This document shows positions 57,031 through 64,000 of a stretch of DNA of 64,000 nt, one piece after another. Both the position numbers and the translations under genes were made by a program. Position 1 is the stretch's first letter. Each line of letters opens with the position of its first letter. The stretch is from IMG/VR virus record IMGVR_UViG_3300009124_000008; one strand, 5' to 3'. This stretch comes from an uncultured virus (IMG/VR IMGVR_UViG_3300009124_000008) (lineage: Duplodnaviria > Heunggongvirae > Uroviricota > Caudoviricetes). A model generated the notes under the pieces. The model had not been told where the DNA came from, made no database searches, and was given only the letters and a program-made list of their open reading frames with translations.

Positions 57031-57635
57031 GATTTGATATTTTGCCATTGTTCTCTAGTCCTCTTACATTATCTAAATTAAATTTAAATACAAATTTGAT
57101 TCTTGAGAAGTTAAAAGAGACTGAGTACATTGAGACTCTTGACTCTCAAAATAGTCAGACAAACATACACTCTAGAATATCCAAATCTAAAAATATTCTA
57201 GAATATTTTCCAGAGTTACAAAGTAATATTATAGAGCACTTATCTTTTTATATTAAAGATGTGTTGAAGTACGAAGATCTACAATTCAAAATCACTAGTT
57301 CTTGGGCATCACTAACTCTTTCTGGTCATAGTGGAGAATCACATTCACACAAGAACAGTTGGTTGAGTGGAGTTTTTTATCCAGAAGACGGTAGCAATAT
57401 TTTATTCAATGATGGATATAGATTTTTCTACCACGAACCCACAGAGTATAATCTGTGGAATTCATCAAACTGGGCAATTCCAGCAGAAGAGAACTTATTA
57501 ATCTTTTTCCCAAGTCATTTATCACATCAAATAACTACAAACACATCAAAAAACAATAGATATTCTATTGCTTTTAATGTATTCCCTTGTGGTATGTGGG
57601 GCGAGGGAGATTCTATAAATAATATCGTATCGTAA
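57027..57635 (+). CDS. 2OG-Fe(II) oxygenase (HxH type)
   Basis: HSHKNSWLSGVFY, FFPSHLSH, RYSIAFN. Confidence 0.85.
   Translation: MRFDILPLFSSPLTLSKLNLNTNLILEKLKETEYIETLDSQNSQTNIHSRISKSKNILEYFPELQSNIIEHLSFYIKDVLKYEDLQFKITSSWASLTLSGHSGESHSHKNSWLSGVFYPEDGSNILFNDGYRFFYHEPTEYNLWNSSNWAIPAEENLLIFFPSHLSHQITTNTSKNNRYSIAFNVFPCGMWGEGDSINNIVS
57614..57621 (+). promoter_or_regulatory. late promoter
   Basis: TATAAATA. Confidence 0.75.
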
Positions 57636-57650
57636 TCTTACCTGATTATC

Positions 57651-57839
57651 ATGGACACTGAACAACTTAGAAAAAATTTCGAGGAGCAACTTGCTAGCAC
57701 AGATAAGCAAATTGCTGAACTAGAAGCAAACCTTAGCAAGGCAAGGGAGTATAAACTCAAACTAGCTGGTGGTTTGGAAACTCTAGATCTTCTCAATCCT
57801 AAAGAAGAAGAACCTGCTGAAGAATCAGCAGCAGAATAA
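57651..57839 (+). CDS. small coiled-coil protein
   Basis: Heptad pattern; LKLAGGLETL. Confidence 0.75.
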   Translation: MDTEQLRKNFEEQLASTDKQIAELEANLSKAREYKLKLAGGLETLDLLNPKEEEPAEESAAE

Positions 57840-57843
57840 TCCT

Positions 57844-57880
57844 AAGTCCCTGCTTCCTAAATAGAAGTAGGGACTTTTTG
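57844..57880 (+). terminator. intrinsic terminator with late promoter in the loop
   Basis: AAGTCCCTGCTTC-CTAAATA-GAAGTAGGGACTT followed by TTTG. Confidence 0.7.
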
Positions 57881-57890
57881 TGTAAGATAC

Positions 57891-58721
57891 ATGGCAGCGC
57901 CAAGCACTAAGCAGGAACTAATTGATTACTGTAAACGTCAGTTGGGTGCTCCTGTATTGCAGATCAACATTGCTGATGAACAAGTAGACGATATCATTGA
58001 TGATGCTATCCAGTTTTATCACGAACATCATTTTGATGGTCTTGAGCAAATGTATCTCAAGCACAATATCACTGATTCTGATATTACTAGGTTTACCACA
58101 GAAAATGAAGTAACTCAAACTGTAGCTCCAGATGCTACTGGATGGGAACATAGAAAGAACTTCCTAGAGATCCCAGAGCATGTGATGGGTATCAGTAAAG
58201 TGTTTGGAGTGTCGTCAAACTTTGTACGTAACGAACTGTTTGGTATGACCAACCAGTTTTTCTTGATGGATATGTTCTCCTTCTCGAATGGATTCAAGAT
58301 GGGGAATTTTGACCTGACTAATTTCTACATGGTCAAGCAATATTTTGAAACTTTAGATCAAGTTATTAATACAGGTTCTCTAGTACAATATAGATTTACA
58401 AAGAGACAAGATAGATTGTATATCGACATTGACACCAGCAGATTAAAAGAAGGAAACTGGTTGTTAATCGATTGTTGGGGTGCTGTAAATCCAGAAACAT
58501 TTACTCAAGTATATAATGACTCATTCCTTAAGAGGTATGCTACTGCCTTAATGAAGAGACAGTGGGGAGCAAACCTAATCAAATTTAATAACGTACAACT
58601 TCCTGGTGGCATTACTCTCAACGGTCGTCAGATTTGGGAAGATGGTAACAGAGAAGTTCAAGCACTTGAAGCAGAAATGCTGACCAAGTATTCCCTTCCA
58701 CCAATGGACATGATCGGATAA
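57891..58721 (+). CDS. gp13: neck protein gp13
   Basis: LIDYCKRQLGAPVLQINI, KRQWGANLIKF, LPGGITLNG. Confidence 0.95.
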   Translation: MAAPSTKQELIDYCKRQLGAPVLQINIADEQVDDIIDDAIQFYHEHHFDGLEQMYLKHNITDSDITRFTTENEVTQTVAPDATGWEHRKNFLEIPEHVMGISKVFGVSSNFVRNELFGMTNQFFLMDMFSFSNGFKMGNFDLTNFYMVKQYFETLDQVINTGSLVQYRFTKRQDRLYIDIDTSRLKEGNWLLIDCWGAVNPETFTQVYNDSFLKRYATALMKRQWGANLIKFNNVQLPGGITLNGRQIWEDGNREVQALEAEMLTKYSLPPMDMIG

Positions 58722-58722
58722 G

Positions 58723-59844
58723 ATGCCAACATCACCTTACTTTCCCACTTACTACGGCGGATATTCTGGCGAGCAAAACCTCGTACAGGATCTGGTTGAC
58801 GAACAGATTAAACTGTTTGGATCAGATATCTATTACATGCCTAGGACAATCCTGAAAGACAATACTTTAGATGACATCATCTATTCGAAGTATCAGTCAC
58901 AGTTTCAAATTGAAATGCTCCTGGAAAATGTAACTGGATTTGGAGAGACATCAGAATTCATTAGTAAGTTTGGTCTACGCATCACAGATGAAATCAAGTT
59001 CCGAGTGTCTACAAGACGTTGGGATGAAGAAGCAGCGTCATATGATCTTACTGTGGATGGTAGACCTAATGAAGGTGATCTTTTATACTTCCCATTAACT
59101 CAAGACTTATACGAGATCAAGTTTGTAGAACGAGAGCAACCCTTCTATCAGATGGGCAAACTACAGTTCTATACAATGACTGCCGAGATCTATGAGGTTG
59201 GCAGTGATCTCATTGATACTGGTGTTGAAGAAATTGATGAGATTGAAACTAAGTTCTCCAGTTCTATCAGACTCTTTATGGACCCTGGTGGTACGGGGAA
59301 CTTCCAAGTTGGTGAGGAAATTGTCGGAGATGAATTCCTTGCTAAGGCAACAGCAAGTATTAGTGGAGACGCTGTAGGTAATGTAGTTATGACAGACACA
59401 GGTCTGTACTACAACCAAGCACTGCCACCAACAGTTACATTCTCTGGAGGAGGAGCAACTACAGATGCTACAGGAACTGCCACAGTTAGCGCGACGGGTC
59501 TTGTTACTGGTGTTATTATCACTGACGGCGGGGTTGGGTATACATCAGAACCTACGGTCACCATCGATTATTCGCCAAAGGACAATAGAGCGGAAGTCAA
59601 GTCCTGGGATAGTGCCACTAGAGCACTCGAAGTTATCAACAGAACAGGAACGTTTACTACTGCTGAAGTAGTAACTGGTCTAACTTCAGGTGCCAAGTGG
59701 AGTCCTGAGTCCTATAACACTCTAAATAATACCAACAGCAGCTACGATCAAAATTATGAGATCGAACAAGAGGCTGACGAATTAATCGATTGGGGTGAAG
59801 TTAATCCCTTCGGTGAGTATGGTAACTTTATGGATTCATTCTAA
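58723..59844 (+). CDS. gp14: neck protein gp14
   Basis: EQNLVQDLVDEQIKLFG, SKFGL, RPNEGDLLYFP, NPFGE. Confidence 0.95.
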   Translation: MPTSPYFPTYYGGYSGEQNLVQDLVDEQIKLFGSDIYYMPRTILKDNTLDDIIYSKYQSQFQIEMLLENVTGFGETSEFISKFGLRITDEIKFRVSTRRWDEEAASYDLTVDGRPNEGDLLYFPLTQDLYEIKFVEREQPFYQMGKLQFYTMTAEIYEVGSDLIDTGVEEIDEIETKFSSSIRLFMDPGGTGNFQVGEEIVGDEFLAKATASISGDAVGNVVMTDTGLYYNQALPPTVTFSGGGATTDATGTATVSATGLVTGVIITDGGVGYTSEPTVTIDYSPKDNRAEVKSWDSATRALEVINRTGTFTTAEVVTGLTSGAKWSPESYNTLNNTNSSYDQNYEIEQEADELIDWGEVNPFGEYGNFMDSF

Positions 59845-60647
59845 TGCTTGGGGCACACTTCTACAACGAAGCTATCCGTAAAACGGTAATTGGTTTCGGT
59901 ACACTATTCAACAACATCGAACTTAAGAAAGTAGATCCCAACACGGGTGATGTGTTGGAGGTTGAAAAAGTTCCCCTTGCTTATGGACCTAAGCAAAAGT
60001 TCTTGACACGTCTAGAACAGAATCCAGATGTAGACAGAAAAGTTGCTATTACACTACCACGTCTCTATTTCGAGATGACTGGTATCACATATGATCCTGC
60101 TCGTAAGACAAGTCCTGTACAAAAATACAGAACTACTATTGCTGATGATGGATCAGAAGTTAAGACTCAGTATGTTCCAGTTCCATATGACATGTCATTT
60201 GAACTAGGAATTATCGGTAAGTCTCAAGATGATGGTCTACAGATTCTTGAACAGATTTTACCATTCTTCCAACCTAACTTTAACATCACTCTTAACATGA
60301 TCACTGACATGGAAGAGAAAAAAGATATTGCTATTGTGCTGAACAATATTAACTACGAAGATGATTGGGATGATAGTTTCTTAGATCGTAGAAGCATTGT
60401 GTGGTCGTTAAACTTTACTGCCAAATCATATATCTACGGTCCTTACACCAACACAGGTATCATTCGTAAAGCAACTATTTACGAATCAGTTGGAGACCTT
60501 GCTGCTAGCAGAAGAACTGCTGCTTACAGTTACTCACCTAAGGCATTGGAAGATAAGAATGCCGATGGTGCCATCAATGCTGCTGACGATGAACTGATTA
60601 TTTCTACCGACGACTTTGGATTTAATGAAGGGATTGAACTACTATGA
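59844..60647 (+). CDS. gp15: tail sheath stabiliser/terminator gp15
   Basis: FYNEAIRKTVIGFGTLFNNI, VPLAYGPKQKF, LPRL, EQILPFFQP. Confidence 0.95.
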   Translation: MLGAHFYNEAIRKTVIGFGTLFNNIELKKVDPNTGDVLEVEKVPLAYGPKQKFLTRLEQNPDVDRKVAITLPRLYFEMTGITYDPARKTSPVQKYRTTIADDGSEVKTQYVPVPYDMSFELGIIGKSQDDGLQILEQILPFFQPNFNITLNMITDMEEKKDIAIVLNNINYEDDWDDSFLDRRSIVWSLNFTAKSYIYGPYTNTGIIRKATIYESVGDLAASRRTAAYSYSPKALEDKNADGAINAADDELIISTDDFGFNEGIELL

Positions 60648-61069
60648 ACGAATTTGAAAAGAACATGGAAGATATCTTTGATATCGAAGTTGAATCTACA
60701 GATATTGAACCATCAAAACCAAGACCTCCCAGAGAGGCAGACAAGGACGACCAGACAAAGGATTACGAGTTTACCCGTGGGTCTTTGTACTCCCTCATAG
60801 ACAAGGGCACAGAGGCGCTTAACGGTGCCTTAGAAGTAGCACAGGAGTCTGGACACCCTAGAGCGTATGAAGTCGCTGTGAATGCTATGAAGCAGGTAGC
60901 AGACGCCACTGATAAACTTCTAGATCTTCAGCAGAAGATGAAGAACCTTGAGGCACCTACTAAGCGTGAGACTAATAATACTACAAACAATTTATTTGTA
61001 GGTAGCACAGCAGACCTACAGAAAATGCTTAAACAAATAAATAAGAAAGAAGAGTCTGGAGAGTCATGA
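60644..61069 (+). CDS. gp16: terminase small subunit gp16
   Basis: DYEFTR, HPRAYEV, NNLFVGSTADLQKML. Confidence 0.93.
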   Translation: MNEFEKNMEDIFDIEVESTDIEPSKPRPPREADKDDQTKDYEFTRGSLYSLIDKGTEALNGALEVAQESGHPRAYEVAVNAMKQVADATDKLLDLQQKMKNLEAPTKRETNNTTNNLFVGSTADLQKMLKQINKKEESGES

Positions 61070-61341
61070 TCCTAAAACCAATTACTCCGTTAGTAGAAAT
61101 TCCAGTAATCGGATCTGATATTTCTCTAGCTACTGTAGTATCAGTATTAAATAACTCTGGTGCTCCATGTCAAATTAGAATCGACAATGGAGAAGCTGCT
61201 AACGATCAACCATCGATTGCTTTGGCAACTGGCGAGAGAGCAACGATTGCTAAACATGCTTCAGATGAAATCTTTGCTGAAGATTTAACTGGCACTTCAG
61301 TTACTGATGTCTTTGCTACAAAAATTGCTTACGGAAACTAA
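61066..61341 (+). CDS. hypothetical protein
   Basis: ORF track; ATAAATA at 61037. Confidence 0.75.
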   Translation: MILKPITPLVEIPVIGSDISLATVVSVLNNSGAPCQIRIDNGEAANDQPSIALATGERATIAKHASDEIFAEDLTGTSVTDVFATKIAYGN

Positions 61342-62138
61342 TGGCACAGTGGAACAAGGATGCTCAAGACTATAGAGCACAGGACACAACAAACTTTGAA
61401 GTAGTGATGATTGCCGATGAAGACGGCAACCCTATCAACTCGTTTGGTGCTGCTTCAAACATTCCTATTGCTGGTGGACAGATTGAAGGATACAATTACG
61501 TTCATAAGTTTGGTGCTAACACAGCATTAGACAACCAAAATTACGAAACTATCTGGGATGGTAGTAGTTTATATCCTTGGGCGACCATGGATACTGCTGC
61601 TACTACACTAACTACGAATGCTGAAGCTGGTAATAGCGGAGCAGAGATTACTATTCAGGGATTGAATGAGAACTGGGAACTAACAACAGAAGTTCTCACT
61701 CTTGATGGCACAGCACAAACTACATCAAATTCATGGAAGCGTGTGTTCCGTGGTTTTGTTTCTGGATCACAAGAAATTACTGCTGACTTCACATTATCAA
61801 AGGGTGCTGTTGTAGTTCTACAAATTGGAACTGAAGCTCAACAAACTTTGATGTCAATTTATACTATCCCTGCTGGTAAGACAGGATATCTATTCAACCT
61901 TGATGCTACTACGCTCAAGAATGAACAAGTTACGATGAAAATAAAGGCAAGATTGTTTGAGAAAATTTTTAGAACACAGCATATCTTCCAAGTTGCTGGC
62001 GTTCATTACAACCATACATTTACAGTTCCGCTATACTTCCCAGAGAAAACTGATATTGATTTGAGAGCGATTGGTGGTTCTTCTGGTCTTGATGCTTACG
62101 CCCATTTTGATTTGATACTTGTAGATAACGAGGTATAA
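61341..62138 (+). CDS. hypothetical (probably virion) protein
   Basis: MAQWNK.., VHKFG, YTIPAGKTGY, PEKTDIDLR. Confidence 0.8.
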   Translation: MAQWNKDAQDYRAQDTTNFEVVMIADEDGNPINSFGAASNIPIAGGQIEGYNYVHKFGANTALDNQNYETIWDGSSLYPWATMDTAATTLTTNAEAGNSGAEITIQGLNENWELTTEVLTLDGTAQTTSNSWKRVFRGFVSGSQEITADFTLSKGAVVVLQIGTEAQQTLMSIYTIPAGKTGYLFNLDATTLKNEQVTMKIKARLFEKIFRTQHIFQVAGVHYNHTFTVPLYFPEKTDIDLRAIGGSSGLDAYAHFDLILVDNEV

Positions 62139-62140
62139 AT

Positions 62141-62545
62141 ATGAAGTCGCTTAAACAGTTAAGGCATGACATTAGAGAATCTGCCGAAAAACGATACTGC
62201 CCCAAGTGTGAAAAGTGGGAGACCCGAGCAGAATGTGCCTACGGAGTCTCCTACTGGGACAAGTATGCCACCAAGAACTTCAAGGAGTCAATCCTCGGAG
62301 AAGCAGCTTGGACAAGGAAAGAAGGAAAGTCCAAATCAGGCGGACTTAATGAGAAAGGAAGAAAGTCTTACGAGAGAGAAAATCCAGGATCTGACCTCAA
62401 GGCACCAAGCAAGAAGGTTGGAAACCCCCGTAGGAAATCATTCTGTGCTCGAATGAAGGGCATGAAAGCAAAGCTAACTTCTAAGAAGACAGCAAGGGAT
62501 CCCGACTCCCGTATTAATAAATCGTTACGAGCCTGGAATTGCTAA
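62141..62545 (+). CDS. conserved basic phage protein
   Basis: CPKC..C; AWTRKEGK..GGLNEKGRKSY, RRKSFCARM, SLRAWNC. Confidence 0.8.
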   Translation: MKSLKQLRHDIRESAEKRYCPKCEKWETRAECAYGVSYWDKYATKNFKESILGEAAWTRKEGKSKSGGLNEKGRKSYERENPGSDLKAPSKKVGNPRRKSFCARMKGMKAKLTSKKTARDPDSRINKSLRAWNC

Positions 62546-62586
62546 CCTGAATAGATATAATTACATTATTAGAATGGCATATGGAA

Positions 62587-62736
62587 ATGAGATTAAACTC
62601 AGACGACATTGCACGTTTGATTCGTGCTTGTGAAATGTACAAAGACTACACTGGATCCGAGTACATGTGGGACGAGTATGATCGTCTCGAAAAGAAACTG
62701 ATGTACTACGAAGAAGAAAATTGCCCTGAGGACTAG
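62587..62736 (+). CDS. small hypothetical protein (49 aa)
   Basis: Read by hand: MRLNSDDIARLIRACEMYKDYTGSEYMWDEY... Confidence 0.7.
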   Translation: MRLNSDDIARLIRACEMYKDYTGSEYMWDEYDRLEKKLMYYEEENCPED

Positions 62737-62960
62737 GTGTACAGAGAACCACATCTCCAAAAGAAAAGTGATGAATGTGCCAACCTTTGGAGGGAGTGGT
62801 TTCGTTTGAAGCAAAAAAAGCATTAGGGGCACCAGAAGCAAGACAAATATGGTGCCAATGTTGTGATGAATTTGCTGAGATGATAAGTCAGGAAGTCAAA
62901 ACAAATCCACGATACAATAAGCTACAACTATTCCCTGGTAAAGACAAACCTGATAGATAA
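62737..62960 (+). CDS. small Cys-containing protein, candidate -1 programmed frameshift (29 aa and 74 aa products)
   Basis: GTG 62737 after GAGGA; A_AAA_AAG 62814-62820; 0-frame stop at 62824-62826; -1 frame open to 62960. Confidence 0.6.
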
Positions 62961-62978
62961 TATAGTTGAATAAGTTTT

Positions 62979-63302
62979 ATGAAGTTTTTCTTTGCGCTTC
63001 TGTCAACACTATTTCTGGCACTTCCTGCATGGGCAGTAGATGTCCAGATGGGTGCTAATGGCAACCTAGTATTCGAACCTGCTGAGGTATCAATCAATGC
63101 TGGAGAATCTGTTCATTTTATTAACAATATGCTACCACCACATAATGTCGTGGTTGATGGTCACCCTGAGTGGTCCCACGAAGGTTTAGCAATGTTACCA
63201 GGTGAGGACTTTGAGTTGACATTTCCAGAGGCAGGTGATTATACTTACTGGTGTGCTCCCCACAAAGGTGCGGGCATGATCGGTACAATTCATGTCTCAT
63301 AA
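62979..63302 (+). CDS. petE: plastocyanin
   Basis: Signal peptide, LVFEPAEV, NNMLPPHNVV, YWCAPHKGAGMIG. Confidence 0.96.
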   Translation: MKFFFALLSTLFLALPAWAVDVQMGANGNLVFEPAEVSINAGESVHFINNMLPPHNVVVDGHPEWSHEGLAMLPGEDFELTFPEAGDYTYWCAPHKGAGMIGTIHVS

Positions 63303-63414
63303 TCACAACTATGAACCTATGCCTGCCTGGGTTGCCTGGGCAGGTGTAGGACTGATGATCTTTACGATCATGATTTTTGTTGTCTTCACACTTTCTGTAA
63401 TGTATTTCGGATGA
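63292..63414 (+). CDS. small single-TM protein (40 aa)
   Basis: Read by hand: MSHNHNYEPMPAWVAWAGVGLMIFTIMIFVVFTLSVMYFG. Confidence 0.65.
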   Translation: MSHNHNYEPMPAWVAWAGVGLMIFTIMIFVVFTLSVMYFG

Positions 63415-63545
63415 ACCACGCTGACCACTCAACCTTTGAACACCTTATTCATATGTTTCTTTGCTGTCTTGCTGGTCTAGGTATCGGCACCCTCGCTGTC
63501 TGGGGATATCAAAAAATTAAAGAAAATAAGAACCACAATCCATGA
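63411..63545 (+). CDS. small His/Cys-containing TM protein (44 aa)
   Basis: Read by hand: MNHADHSTFEHLIHMFLCCLAGLGIGTLAVWGYQKIKENKNHNP. Confidence 0.6.
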   Translation: MNHADHSTFEHLIHMFLCCLAGLGIGTLAVWGYQKIKENKNHNP

Positions 63546-63682
63546 GGAAGTATATCGTTACAGTAGACGGTATCAAACATGTAGTTTATTCTACAGCATC
63601 CGAATGGTTCGTATTAAATTCAACACTTTCACACATTCCAAATAAAAAAACATGGAGCATTTATTGGGACGGGCACTGCTGA
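63542..63682 (+). CDS. small hypothetical protein (46 aa)
   Basis: Read by hand; ATGA coupling. Confidence 0.5.
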   Translation: MRKYIVTVDGIKHVVYSTASEWFVLNSTLSHIPNKKTWSIYWDGHC

Positions 63683-63783
63683 TTGTAGCGGTGCCTTTTG
63701 TTTTAACTACACTCTACTTTGGAGCAAAGAAAGGTGGATATTACGACACCGATATGTACAAAGGAAATGGAACCGCTCACTAA
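63652..63783 (+). CDS. ndhP: NDH-1 subunit NdhP homologue (43 aa)
   Basis: MEHLLGRALLIVAVPFVLTTLYFGAKKGGYYDTDMYKGNGTAH matches the NdhP tail pattern FG...G(F/Y)YDTD.Y.GNG.AH. Confidence 0.85.
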   Translation: MEHLLGRALLIVAVPFVLTTLYFGAKKGGYYDTDMYKGNGTAH

Positions 63784-63961
63784 GAGGCGGTATAATTTTG
63801 CTTTATCTTCCTTTGCCAGAATGTATGGAGTTCCTCGTGTAACTCAAGAGATGTCTGACTTTTGTTTAGGTTGGGCATTACATGATGAGATAGCACCACT
63901 GGATTGCTTACATCATGTTGACAAATACTTTAGAGATTTATGGATCGAATCACAGAACTAG
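63767..63961 (+). CDS. hypothetical protein
   Basis: ORF 63719..63961; ATG 63767 after AAGGA. Confidence 0.65.
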   Translation: MEPLTKRRYNFALSSFARMYGVPRVTQEMSDFCLGWALHDEIAPLDCLHHVDKYFRDLWIESQN

Positions 63962-64000
63962 AAAATGAAAACCGCTGGTTGAAAGAAGAGATCAGAAGAT
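63940..64000 (+). CDS. partial hypothetical protein (runs off the window)
   Basis: MDRITELENENRWLKEEIRR... Confidence 0.45.
   Translation, partial: MDRITELENENRWLKEEIRR

Noticed and set aside
62775..62960. Stand-alone 61-aa ORF from ATG 62775
   Set aside because: No RBS and an unconvincing N-terminus; better explained as the -1 continuation of the 62737 ORF
122..63432. Minus-strand ORFs and short internal alternative-frame ORFs in the track
   Set aside because: They shadow well-supported + strand genes and have no recognisable motifs
1..64000. tRNA, rRNA, intron, intein or homing endonuclease
   Set aside because: None recognised by eye and core genes look uninterrupted; tRNAscan and Infernal were not run

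Overview
64 kb of a T4-like cyanomyovirus genome (Kyanoviridae-type, most likely infecting marine Synechococcus). Essentially all coding is on the + strand. (1) 1-11.4 kb is an early/accessory region of about 50 small ORFs. It is driven by 11 copies of a dyad motif (CA-N10-TG core) placed 29-31 bp upstream of a -10 hexamer; three of these promoters appear to give leaderless mRNAs. It also holds a tight cluster of cyanobacterial-type DnaA boxes beside an AT-rich island carrying a long hairpin leader and a KTSC-like gene. (2) 11.8-50.5 kb is virion structure: PAAR-like, gp25, gp6, gp7, gp8, VrlC-like and two very large fibre/structural proteins, with gp55-type late promoters. (3) 50.5-57.6 kb is a cassette of two paralogous glycine-rich proteins, five 2OG-Fe(II) oxygenases and a flavin-dependent halogenase. 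(4) 57.9-64 kb holds gp13, gp14, gp15, gp16, then small genes including a candidate -1 frameshift gene (A_AAA_AAG plus stem-loop), petE and ndhP. No tRNA, rRNA, CRISPR array or mobile element was recognised. All family assignments are by eye from motifs, not from database searches.
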